Below are positions 1 to 8,574 of a DNA stretch of 43,579 bases, piece by piece. A program made the position numbers and the translations under genes. The notes beneath the pieces were generated by a model. It made no database searches. It was given only the letters and a program-made list of their open reading frames with translations, and was not told the origin of the DNA. Numbering within the stretch: position 1 is the stretch's first letter; the number at the start of each line of letters is the position of its first letter. The stretch lies in IMG/VR virus record IMGVR_UViG_2671181030_000006. One strand, written 5' to 3'. The stretch is from a virus. Lineage: Duplodnaviria; Heunggongvirae; Uroviricota; Caudoviricetes.

Positions 1-1194
1 ATGATCACCGACACAAAGCTCAGGAAGGCGCTCGGCAAGAAAAGAGATGATATCGAGATTATTTCTGATTCGCACGGGCTCAACGCCAGAATCAGCCAGG
101 CCGGAAAAATATCATTTTTCTATCGGTATCGCTGGGCCGGTAAAGCGGTAAAACTCAATGTTGGTGATTATCCTGCAATGAGTATCACCCAGGCAAGAGA
201 GCGTCGCCAACAATTCAGAAACTGGTTAACTGAGGGACTGGATCCGCGAGAGCAGGTGAAGCTGGATAAGCAGACCCGACAGGAAGCGATGTCCGTTGCC
301 GAAGCGTTCAATTACTGGATTGAAAGGCACTGTATCGCTAACGGGCTAGTTAAAGTCGATTACTATCGCCAGGTGTTTGAGAAACATATCGCCGAACCGA
401 TGAAGAATGTCAAAGTCGATAACACAGCGAAAATGCACTGGATCAACGTCTTCGATTCTATAGAAAGCAGGGTGATGGCTCATTACATGCTTTCGCTGTG
501 CAAACGGGCGTTTAGGTTCTGCGTTAACAGAAGTGTGATCGCCTCAAACCCACTCGAGGGATTACTGCCATCTGATGTCGGGCAAAAGCCTAAAAAGAGA
601 ACTCGCAGGATGGACGATGACGATCTGCGCAAAATCTATCAGTGGTTGAAAAGCCATATGTCGATAGAGTCCGTTTTCCTGGTGAAATTTATTATGCTTA
701 CCGGATGCCGTACGGCTGAGATTCGACTTAGTGAGAGATCATGGTTTCGATTGGATGATAATGAGTGGGTCGTGCCTGCGGGCAGTTATAAAACTCGGGT
801 ACATATTAGAAGGGGGCTCTCAGACGCCGCCGTTAACTTGGTCAGAAATCACCTCAAGAAAATAAACACCAATCACCTGGTGACTTCACAACGTAAAATT
901 GATGGCGGGATCAAAGATTCGCCCGTTCATTCACCTGTGGCATCCAATTACGCCCGTTCTATTTGGAATGGAACAGGTATGGCAGAGTGGTCGCTTCATG
1001 ATATGAGGCGGACGATAGCCACAAATCTCTCTGAGTTAGGTTGCCCGCCGCACGTAATTGAAAAGCTGCTCGGGCATCAGATGGTGGGGGTTATGGCGCA
1101 TTACAACCTTCATGACTATATCGATGATCAGAAACACTGGCTCCGCGTTTGGCAGAGCCATCTTGAAGAGATCATCGGAGAGCCCTTCAGTTAA
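1..1194 (+). CDS. int: Tyrosine site-specific integrase, P4-type (N-terminal arm-binding region, C-terminal catalytic domain)
   Basis: Seen: 397-aa ORF; C-terminal HDMRRT...LLGH...HY catalytic-type residues; N-terminal [14 protein letters not shown] region typical of P4-like integrases. ATG is at window position 1, so upstream att and promoter are outside the window. Confidence 0.88.
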
Positions 1195-1433
1195 TTTATC
1201 TTCTTTTTATCCTCCCACTCTTTGATTGACTCAGAGCGCCAGCGGTTAGGGTTGCCGGGCCAGTCAGGGGGTGGGAACGGGCATACGAAGCCCCGAGGCA
1301 TTGTGTCTGCACTTTGCCATGACCAAAGGGTTTTGCGTGAAATTTTGTAGCGACTGGTCAGGTCTGACGTTACCAAAATATCATCCATAGCTCTCTCCAG
1401 TTGCCCGTTCGGGCCATTCAAAATCTTTTTCAA
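1191..1433 (-). CDS. xis: Excisionase / AlpA-like small DNA-binding protein
   Basis: Seen: 80-aa ORF convergent with int, with 4-bp end overlap. Inference from position and small basic HTH-like sequence ([11 protein letters not shown]). Confidence 0.55.
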
Positions 1434-1672
1434 CCAACCTGCCCGGGCAGGGAGCGGAGACGGCGCATGCCGGTCATCGCTGTGGCCACGTAGCTCGCCT
1501 TTCGGTTCACCACCTCCACCCAGACTTTCACGCCTTCAACCTTCACCGTATAAGTCTCTTTCATCTTGCTTCGCCCATAGTCGCCATATGTTTGCAAGTG
1601 AGCTGCCAGCGCGATGTCGCATGCTTGGCGAGCTAAAGGTGATTGCTTACTTCCTCGATTGATCAGTCGCAT
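1430..1672 (-). CDS. Hypothetical small protein, first gene distal to recT in the leftward operon
   Basis: Seen: 80-aa ORF whose stop overlaps the xis start (ATGA-type coupling). No recognised motif. Confidence 0.45.
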   Translation of the reverse strand: MRLINRGSKQSPLARQACDIALAAHLQTYGDYGRSKMKETYTVKVEGVKVWVEVVNRKASYVATAMTGMRRLRSLPGQVG

Positions 1673-1710
1673 ATAATCTCCTTGAGGGAGGGTTACCCCT
1701 CCCGGTCTCG

Positions 1711-2829
1711 TCAGGCCACGTATTCCGGTTTCATATCCGCCAGGGTGATGCTGAATTGATCGTGCAGTTCATCGCCTAAGTGACGCTTTGAAGATGCAAG
1801 CATGCGCTCGGCTTCAGCGAACCGTTCGGCTGCATGCGGCTCGTCGGGCTGGGGCAGGGATTTAATAGCCTCCTCAACCTTGTTGCGTGCATCCACTAGG
1901 TAATAACGCTTTACGGCTTTGTTTTTCAGCTCGGTGAATAGTGCGGATCCCAGCGTAGCTTTCGCCGTTTCAATGTCGGCACGCAGCGATTTGGCGCTAT
2001 CCACGTCCTGAGCAGATTCGATGCGTTCGCGGAAATCATCGGCAAGAGAGCCGACATTTACCGACGATTCCTGTGCGCTTTGCGTGGTTGTGACGGTGTC
2101 ACCTGAGATATCAGCCAGGCTAACGCGTTGCGGCGTTGGGTTGATCTCTTTTTCTGTGCGCTGTTCAATCTCATCAGGGGTGTACACACCAAGAACAACT
2201 GCAGGGCAATACAGGCGCGCCCAGTATTTGAGTGCCAGATAAGCGATCTGCTGTTTCGGGTTTGATACCCAAAGTGGAGAATTACGTGTGATTACGCTGG
2301 AGAGGAAAACAGGCTCTCCCCAGGTGATATCACTTTCACCGCGAATAACGGCACCTACCCGTACCGACAGTCCTTGTTCATCAGCACTTTCCCAACCGCG
2401 TACCATTTCTTTCTTGTCGTACGTCCCGCCACCTTTCGCAGGCTTTTTAACGGTTATCTCGCGGCTGCTGGCACATTTCGACCAGTCGCCCTCGTACTCA
2501 TAGTGAAAGCGGCCAACGATGGCGTTTGAGCTGGAGATCACCGCATTAACCAGTTGCGCTTCGTATCCCAGGACACCGTTAACCAGGTGCGTCTTTTGCG
2601 CCACGGCGTAAGGGTTCATACCCCACTGCATCGCCTGCATGATGATGGCCATGCAGTCTGCCGGATTGCCGCGGAGGTGCTCAGGCACCGTTACGGCTGC
2701 CTGTGCCATCAACCCGGCGACAGACTGAAGCTGGGTTAAAGCCTGCGCGTTGAAAATGGCATTGCTGGCTGAGATCGTGTTTGGAGTCTGCTGTTCAGCG
2801 GTTACGATATTCGTGTTTTCCATCATCAT
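1711..2829 (-). CDS. recT: RecT/Bet-family single-strand annealing recombinase (RecT-like)
   Basis: Seen: 372-aa ORF immediately downstream of, and same strand as, the RecE-like gene. Inference from the recE-recT gene pair arrangement as in Rac prophage; direct sequence recognition is weak. Confidence 0.6.
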   Translation of the reverse strand: MMMENTNIVTAEQQTPNTISASNAIFNAQALTQLQSVAGLMAQAAVTVPEHLRGNPADCMAIIMQAMQWGMNPYAVAQKTHLVNGVLGYEAQLVNAVISSSNAIVGRFHYEYEGDWSKCASSREITVKKPAKGGGTYDKKEMVRGWESADEQGLSVRVGAVIRGESDITWGEPVFLSSVITRNSPLWVSNPKQQIAYLALKYWARLYCPAVVLGVYTPDEIEQRTEKEINPTPQRVSLADISGDTVTTTQSAQESSVNVGSLADDFRERIESAQDVDSAKSLRADIETAKATLGSALFTELKNKAVKRYYLVDARNKVEEAIKSLPQPDEPHAAERFAEAERMLASSKRHLGDELHDQFSITLADMKPEYVA

Positions 2830-2834
2830 TCCCC

Positions 2835-5669
2835 TTATGCCTGAGTACGCAGCGCTTCAAGGCGGCGCAGGTCGAAGTCGTTCAGTTCGTCGGTGTAGTC
2901 AGCAGTGATTGGCGCTGGCCATTCACCTGTGTCGAATCCGGTTGCGATATTGCGCATCGCTTTGCGGTACTCGAGCATACCCAGCTCCAGTAGTTCAGCG
3001 GATGCCTCGATGATGGCGATCCAGTGGTAGTTCTCGTCTTTGTTGACGAAAATCCAGAAGAACTGATCCAGCGCTGCGGTTTCGCAGTACATAGCCGCGC
3101 TCAGGTGATAATCACGTTCAATAATTTCCCGGTGTAGCCTGGCGCGCAGGCTTTCCTGCTTAACATTCCACATGCTGATGGTTTTCAGGTCAGCACCGAT
3201 ACGCACGCCGTCTAGGTCGATCTCAAGGTCAGGGCGCACACGAACTTCCAGTCCCGTCTCCTCGTCAAAGCCAAAGTAGCTCACCTCAACGGCGCGGCTC
3301 GGGTGGGTTAGCAGCATGCCTGCGGTCGGGTGTGCCAGCAGGGCCGACTGGATGGCCTGGGCGGTCACCAGCTGCTGGCGCGTCACCAGAATCTTGTCGC
3401 CCGGATTTTCTCGCCAGGCGTCCAGCAGCTCGTCGGCGAATACGGCATCGGGTTTAACCGACTTAATCGCTTGGATCATTTCCGCTTTGCTGCCGGACAC
3501 CTTAAGCGGTGCCGGCTTCTGGGCTTCCTGCTCCACCAGGTCAGGGTTGATGATTGCCAGCTGTTCAAGCAGCGCATCGCGGCTGCCGCTGGTTTTAACC
3601 GGCGCGGGCAGGGTGGCGTTGTACTCTTTGATGCAGGCTTTCATAGCTGCTGCGGTCTGCTTCTGGTCTGGCTCGATGCGCTGGTACTCTGCCGGCAAAG
3701 CCATATAGCTCTGGGCCGTTTCCTCCAGGCTGGCGCCCAGCGGCAGCTGCGCGGGCAGGGTGGCGTTGTGCTCTTCAAGCAGCGCTTTGATATCGTCAGT
3801 GCTCAGCAGTGCCGGCAGGGTGGCGTTGTGCGAATCGATGAACTCGCGCAGGGTGGCGGTGGTAGTAAAAGCATCTTCCGGGATCTCCGGCTCCACGCTG
3901 AACTCTGCCTCAAGGTTTTCAGGCTGCAGCGCCAGGGCGTGAACCAGATTACCCATGTCCAGCACCTTGGAAGGGGCCCGCGGGATAGTTTTGGCGACGT
4001 GGCGCGCGTTGAAGTACATCAGGCTGACCCTGGCATCCTTCACCTGGGTGGAACTGATCCCGTTCGCCGCGTGATAAACGTCATTCGGCACGCCTTCATA
4101 GCGGCCCGGTTCGAAGTACGCCGGGTATTCCGGGACCGGTTGTGAAGGTTGCTCTTCCGGCGCGCTCGCTTTCTCCTCTGATGCTTCGGTGGTCAATTCC
4201 TGCGTAGTGGCGTTCGCCAGCTCCGGCGCCGCGGCGGAGAGCACCTCAGCCGGGTTCAGGGTATCTGTTTGCGGATCAGTTGCATCAGCGCTTTCGCCTG
4301 GTGGTACCGTATCAACAGTTTTGTCTTTCTCTGGCTGAGTCGCTTCCATCTGCACATCGCTGGTGGTCTCCACTACGGTTTCCGGTTTTTCTGCTTCATT
4401 TGAGGGAATATTGATGACCGGGTTAGTATTTCCACTCAACAGGCCATTGATGGAGAACATGCCACCGCCGAGGTTCGCGACCTGCGGCTGAGCTGTTGGT
4501 TCCTCAACCTCTACTTGCGTCTGAACCGCGGACGCGCGCAGGGGCATCAGTTCAGTTGCGGCGTTAAACTCAGCGGTCATGGTCTGGTTAACGAACTCCA
4601 GATGGGCCGCCGGCGTACGATGAATGTTTTCCGGTGCGATCCGTACCAGGTTGAAAATGGCCGCACGGTTTACCGACAGAACGCCAGGCTGGTTACGCAG
4701 AAGGGCGCTCCATGATTTCCAGGGCTCTTCTTTTTTCGCCACGATTTCTTTGGCGCGACGGTGAATGCTGCCCGGGATCTCAAGGTGGTTGAAATCCATC
4801 GGCAGCAGGGCACAGGCGATCTCCAGATCCAGTGTGTCCAGCGTGTGATGCGCACCTTCGCCGCGGTCGGTGACATATCCACCATCGGCATTGGTACCTG
4901 CGTCAGTGCGCTGAACACTACTGATGTGATTACCGGCAGCCCATTCACGCGCCAGGATGCCACGGTCAATGTAATCAGTCGCCGCCCACATTCTGGTGAA
5001 ACGGAGTACCAGCGCGAGTTCGTGACGCTTGTCCTGGCTGAACACTTTGCGAATGGCATCGGTGTAGCGCCACAGGTCTTTGGTGTCGTAACCCTTCACT
5101 TCCGGGCAGTTCTCAGCAGCTAACAGCAAGTTCTGGACGTAACTGTTATCAGTGTCCATCTCCAGCGCGCCGATAGCTTCGTACTCTTCGCGGGTTACGT
5201 GGTGGCGCAGTTCGTCGGCGGTGAACTGGGAAAGCAGTTGCTTACGAAACGGCATCTGCACTACCGGGTAGAGGGTTGAGTCGTCGTCGTGTTCGTCCAG
5301 CGTGATGCCAGCGGTTTCTGGCAGCGTTGACTCAGTAGTTATGTGACTATCAACGGTCTGAGCCGTTTTCTCGTCAGAGTTTTCAGCTGTGACTTTTGGC
5401 AGCCAGGTGCGGTCATCGTTCTGCAGTTCGTAGCGTTCGCACCAGGTGTAATCCACTGCGCCTTCTTCCGGCAGGTCGTCATATACCGGGAAATCGGTGC
5501 GGATTGGTTTGGCATAATCTTTACCGCGGCCAGTTTCTTCAATTCCGGCTTCTTCCAGTGCCACATCGAGTTGGAGATTGGCGCGCGCTACACTTTTCGC
5601 AGTGAACCAAATCACTGCATCTTTCTTGCCAGACTTCTGACTGGCTTTTATCAGATGGAAAAATTCCAT
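2835..5669 (-). CDS. recE: RecE-like exodeoxyribonuclease VIII (C-terminal PD-(D/E)xK-type nuclease), with internal tandem repeats
   Basis: Seen: N-terminal FPVYDDLPEEGAVDYTWCERYEL and TDRGEG motifs closely resemble recalled E. coli RecE. Start chosen at ATG 5669 (MEFFHLIKA...) with a GAGGA Shine-Dalgarno upstream; the track ORF extends to 5774. Confidence 0.8.
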   Translation of the reverse strand: MEFFHLIKASQKSGKKDAVIWFTAKSVARANLQLDVALEEAGIEETGRGKDYAKPIRTDFPVYDDLPEEGAVDYTWCERYELQNDDRTWLPKVTAENSDEKTAQTVDSHITTESTLPETAGITLDEHDDDSTLYPVVQMPFRKQLLSQFTADELRHHVTREEYEAIGALEMDTDNSYVQNLLLAAENCPEVKGYDTKDLWRYTDAIRKVFSQDKRHELALVLRFTRMWAATDYIDRGILAREWAAGNHISSVQRTDAGTNADGGYVTDRGEGAHHTLDTLDLEIACALLPMDFNHLEIPGSIHRRAKEIVAKKEEPWKSWSALLRNQPGVLSVNRAAIFNLVRIAPENIHRTPAAHLEFVNQTMTAEFNAATELMPLRASAVQTQVEVEEPTAQPQVANLGGGMFSINGLLSGNTNPVINIPSNEAEKPETVVETTSDVQMEATQPEKDKTVDTVPPGESADATDPQTDTLNPAEVLSAAAPELANATTQELTTEASEEKASAPEEQPSQPVPEYPAYFEPGRYEGVPNDVYHAANGISSTQVKDARVSLMYFNARHVAKTIPRAPSKVLDMGNLVHALALQPENLEAEFSVEPEIPEDAFTTTATLREFIDSHNATLPALLSTDDIKALLEEHNATLPAQLPLGASLEETAQSYMALPAEYQRIEPDQKQTAAAMKACIKEYNATLPAPVKTSGSRDALLEQLAIINPDLVEQEAQKPAPLKVSGSKAEMIQAIKSVKPDAVFADELLDAWRENPGDKILVTRQQLVTAQAIQSALLAHPTAGMLLTHPSRAVEVSYFGFDEETGLEVRVRPDLEIDLDGVRIGADLKTISMWNVKQESLRARLHREIIERDYHLSAAMYCETAALDQFFWIFVNKDENYHWIAIIEASAELLELGMLEYRKAMRNIATGFDTGEWPAPITADYTDELNDFDLRRLEALRTQA
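3600..3865. repeat. Intragenic tandem repeats (about 4 copies of CAGGGTGGCGTTGT on the + strand) inside recE
   Basis: Seen: copies starting near 3609, 3755, 3815 and a degenerate one near 3849; they encode repeated xHNATLPA peptide units in RecE. Confidence 0.75.
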
Positions 5670-5807
5670 GTGAGATCCTCTTTTTTGAGTGTTAGAATCC
5701 CCGGGCCAGAGATAGCGCCCATTGGATGTTTTTTGGTTTGGTATAAATTCCGGTGTAACTTTGGTCGGTGGCACCGGACGTGAATCCCGCCTTGCGCGGG
5801 GTTTTCG

Positions 5808-5969
5808 TTATGCTTCGTGGGCCATCTGGTCGAACGAAGCGCAACGTACTGAACAGTAATCACGTTGCTCGCGTTTCAACTGCGTGCCGTGGATAAAGAG
5901 CAGTTCGTTTTTAACTTCCTTCCCTTGCTTGATCGGCTTGCGGCAGTACGCGCATTTTTTCTCCTGCAT
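5808..5969 (-). CDS. Small zinc-ribbon protein (CxxC...C...C), YdaE-like position upstream of recE
   Basis: Seen: 53-aa ORF MQEKKCAYCRKPIKQ...DYCSVRCASFDQMAHEA, below the 60-aa ORF-track cut-off. Established knowledge: Rac prophage encodes a small zinc-binding protein YdaE near recE. Homology is inferred, not verified. Confidence 0.45.
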   Translation of the reverse strand: MQEKKCAYCRKPIKQGKEVKNELLFIHGTQLKREQRDYCSVRCASFDQMAHEA

Positions 5970-5980
5970 AACTCACTCCG

Positions 5981-6187
5981 TTAATGGCTAAGGCCATGTC
6001 CTAAACCGTTCAGATAAACTTCAACCAGCAAGTCGGTTGTGTAAGTCCGCTCAATCCCACGATGCAGATACAGGCGGCCGCGTTTATTTGCTGATGCTGT
6101 CCAGGTGCTTTCCCGATGCTTAACGAGCATCCCTGGGAGAACGGCGCCGCGGTTAACAGTCTGTGTCCCGTAATGATGACTAACCAT
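5981..6187 (-). CDS. Hypothetical small protein in the kil-like position of the leftward early operon
   Basis: Seen: ORF ending 12 nt before the zinc-ribbon gene start; internal ATG at 6187 chosen over the track start at 6247. Overlapping alternative frames exist, so the call is weak. Confidence 0.3.
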   Translation of the reverse strand: MVSHHYGTQTVNRGAVLPGMLVKHRESTWTASANKRGRLYLHRGIERTYTTDLLVEVYLNGLGHGLSH

Positions 6188-6368
6188 TGAACACCCCCGT
6201 GAAATGCATAATTTCGACAGCCAGGCCAGCCCAGAAAACCACACCAATGGCCAGCGCGATAACCAGTGAGCGAATGCCGTTTCTGCTCATACCGCACCCC
6301 AGCACTGAACGCTTACGAATGCGACCAAAGCCAACAACAGAGCCACCTTCACCTTGAATCTGTTCCAC
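6180..6368 (-). CDS. Possible small membrane peptide, first ORF downstream of OL/PL (36 aa from ATG 6290, or 62 aa from GTG 6368)
   Basis: Seen: hydrophobic single-helix sequence MSRNGIRSLVIALAIGVVFWAGLAVEIMHFTGVFNG. Inference only. Confidence 0.3.
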   Translation of the reverse strand: MEQIQGEGGSVVGFGRIRKRSVLGCGMSRNGIRSLVIALAIGVVFWAGLAVEIMHFTGVFNG

Positions 6369-6475
6369 GCAGGAACCTCATGTTCTCGGATCATCTCTTC
6401 ACCTTTGCCTTATCGCGGCTAACGGGACGTTTTGACTTCACCCCGGCGTTGCCGGTGTTGTTTGGATGAGATGAT

Positions 6476-6545
6476 AATACTCCTGGTATTATTTTATATC
6501 AATACCGCCAGTATTATTATGTTTAATAAAAATACTAAAGGTATG
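6476..6545. promoter_or_regulatory. OL-like operator cluster: three AATAC-N5-GTATT sites at 6476-6490, 6501-6515 and 6531-6545 (third has one mismatch); probable PL region
   Basis: Seen: the same 15-bp dyad motif recurs at OR next to cI. Established knowledge: lambdoid CI binds dyad operators at both OL and OR. Confidence 0.6.
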
Positions 6546-6615
6546 ATTTTAAAGTTAATTTATTTTTGTAAAAAGTGCTGTTATGCTCAAAAAAACATCA
6601 TAAAGGGGTGTTGGC

Positions 6616-6819
6616 ATGTCAAATGAGGATGAGTTTTTCGCAGAGATGCACCCGCAGATAGCGCAGGTCATCGGGATAGCGGTTATGCAACTGCTGGTTG
6701 AGAAGCGCGAGCCCTCAAGAGAGGCGCTGATAGAGATGATTCAGGTGTTGTGGCAGGAAGACCAGGTCGATCTGGCTGTGGAGTTGGCGCTGGACGTGCT
6801 GATGCTGAGGGAAGAGTAG
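6616..6819 (+). CDS. Hypothetical small acidic protein (67 aa)
   Basis: Seen: ORF with AAAGGGG Shine-Dalgarno about 8 nt upstream; lies between the OL cluster and the convergent hairpin terminator. Confidence 0.45.
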   Translation: MSNEDEFFAEMHPQIAQVIGIAVMQLLVEKREPSREALIEMIQVLWQEDQVDLAVELALDVLMLREE

Positions 6820-6825
6820 GGCAGT

Positions 6826-6848
6826 AAAAACCCGGCGCGGTGGCCGGG
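6826..6848 (-). terminator. Intrinsic terminator (tIMM-like) ending the cI-cassette transcript
   Basis: Seen: hairpin CCCGGC-GCGGTG-GCCGGG; on the minus strand it is followed by TTTTT. Confidence 0.5.
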
Positions 6849-6855
6849 TGAGATA

Positions 6856-7788
6856 TTAAAGAACCGATTTAACAAGATGGTTTTTACGGTACAGACCTAT
6901 GCGATCATTGTGAATCTCAGTAGTCTCCACTAAAAGAGAAACAATCTGTCCGACCTTGTGTTTTTTTTGTATTAAATCTAGCATTTCAATCGGATAGGAA
7001 GCCTTTAAATGTTCACCACCAACATCAAGCTCCAGCTTCCCATATTTGGATAGAACGACCAGTTCGCCTGTAACCGTTTCAGTAATGGGAGGGGATGAAA
7101 TGGTTGATGTAAGTCTACTCACCAAGTACTTAATTTTATTGGAGTCAATAGTTGCCACCTTGGTGCCATTACTAAATGGACCGGTCCAACTTGCATCAAA
7201 TGTTAAGTTGTGTTTATCGCATTCCTCTACGATTCTCTTAAGGCTTACAGTGGAATTGTATCCAATTTCAGCGACGTGATTCATGAAGTTGTTGTCGTCA
7301 TCGCTTAACAACAAATCGAATATGCCTTTTACAGCCTTGCTGGGTACTGTTTCTACTAATTCTGCTATTCCTGTAGAGAAGGTGACGCCCAATTTTGTAG
7401 ACCCAGGGGATAAATCAGCCAGCCTGAGGTTTAAGGAGCTTTTCACGTCGTAGGGAACTTTTTTTGAGTCCTTGCCTGAGGCAATTTTGTGTGTTGCTCT
7501 TTGTATTAGCGCTGCAAGATTTGTTGAAATAGCCCCAAGCAGCTCTAAAGGAATAGAGCCAAAGTCAACCTCAGAGCCTTTCAGCCGCAGCTCAAAAAAA
7601 TCGATAAGTGGGTGCCGACTATCTTGCTTTAATTTTTCGGCCTTCAAATCGCTCAGATGAGAATCCATGGAGCGATAAAGAAGCATGTCAGCAAAGGACC
7701 TGGTTTTGTTTTGCTTCATTGCATCGACTTCTTTTTGAATGAAATCAATGCGTTTATCGCAATTTTTAAACATTGATTTATCATTCAT
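6856..7788 (-). CDS. Hypothetical 310-aa protein, distal gene of the AT-rich two-gene cassette at the rex-equivalent locus (candidate defence effector or sensor)
   Basis: Seen: long AT-rich ORF with GAGGA Shine-Dalgarno; start overlaps the upstream gene stop (ATGA). No motif recognised. Confidence 0.7.
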   Translation of the reverse strand: MNDKSMFKNCDKRIDFIQKEVDAMKQNKTRSFADMLLYRSMDSHLSDLKAEKLKQDSRHPLIDFFELRLKGSEVDFGSIPLELLGAISTNLAALIQRATHKIASGKDSKKVPYDVKSSLNLRLADLSPGSTKLGVTFSTGIAELVETVPSKAVKGIFDLLLSDDDNNFMNHVAEIGYNSTVSLKRIVEECDKHNLTFDASWTGPFSNGTKVATIDSNKIKYLVSRLTSTISSPPITETVTGELVVLSKYGKLELDVGGEHLKASYPIEMLDLIQKKHKVGQIVSLLVETTEIHNDRIGLYRKNHLVKSVL

Positions 7789-8264
7789 AAAAAAATCCTC
7801 ACTAACCCTTTCGGGTTTTCACTGCGATCAAAACCAAACCAACCGCGCCAGTAGCTACGCCAGTACTCATAATCATAGTTAGGGTCATCTAAATTCTTCA
7901 TGAGTAGTAGGACATCAATTTTGTAGTTTTGTTTGATGTAGTTTCGGTCAAGCAAATTATCGACGCGGCCCCGAAGCATGACAGGTATTGAGTTTATATT
8001 GCTATAGTCACATACCAACAAAATATCAATATCATCAGGCTCTGGTTTAGACGTGGTGTATGAACCATCAACCCATATTTCTGTAAAACAGCCATATTGA
8101 GCAGATAATTCTCGAATAGATTCGAGTAGCTGTATAAAATTACAGTATAGCATGCCTCGCCTGGATGATGAAGGAAAGCAATCGACACAATACGATTTTA
8201 ATCCAGCTTCATCCATGTCATGGAACCCTGGCTCAAACAGGGGTGGGTAATTAATTTTATCCAT
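7785..8264 (-). CDS. Minimal nucleotidyltransferase-fold protein (GS-x9-DxD motif), proximal gene of the AT-rich cassette
   Basis: Seen: IWVDGSYTTSKPEPDDIDILLVCD matches the Pol-beta-type NTase signature hG[GS]-x9-13-DhDh. ATG 8264 chosen; the track start at 8312 is GTG. Confidence 0.7.
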   Translation of the reverse strand: MDKINYPPLFEPGFHDMDEAGLKSYCVDCFPSSSRRGMLYCNFIQLLESIRELSAQYGCFTEIWVDGSYTTSKPEPDDIDILLVCDYSNINSIPVMLRGRVDNLLDRNYIKQNYKIDVLLLMKNLDDPNYDYEYWRSYWRGWFGFDRSENPKGLVRIFL

Positions 8265-8413
8265 AAAAAACCTTGCTATACATTTGTTTTTTTTTATTAA
8301 AAATCTAACCACCGAAATGGTGACGGCAAGATGTTACATGGGGTTACAATCAGCCAATACACCGCATTAAATAATTTTTTCACCAGCTATGCGCCGACCA
8401 GAACACCTTGCCC

Positions 8414-8526
8414 ATCACCCAAACGTCTCTTCAGGCCACCATAAGCACGATCGCAACAACCGAGAGCAAAGTAACCACGCCTACTATCAGATATTCTCTC
8501 ATCACCCAAACGTCTCTTCAGGCCAC
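8414..8526. repeat. Two perfect 26-bp direct repeats (ATCACCCAAACGTCTCTTCAGGCCAC) at 8414-8439 and 8501-8526
   Basis: Seen directly; located between the cI stop and the NTase gene start. Confidence 0.85.
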
Positions 8527-8574
8527 TGTTAATCTGCTACCCATGCTTCCTGTACGTCCGCGGCATGCTGCTGA

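Noticed and set aside
3316-5123. Several + strand ORFs of 120-271 aa (for example 3330-4145, 4761-5123) inside the recE region
   Set aside because: They are antisense to the long RecE-like ORF, which has recognisable RecE motifs. They are repeat-driven and Arg/Gly/Val-rich, typical of spurious reverse-strand frames.
6430-6460. Hairpin CCGGC-GTT-GCCGG followed by TGTTGTTTGG on the + strand, considered as a terminator or as a nut/boxB-like element for the leftward operon
   Set aside because: No + strand gene ends there. On the minus strand the stem-loop has only a 3-nt loop and no adjacent boxA-like sequence, and no N-like Arg-rich ORF was found downstream of PL. Insufficient support.
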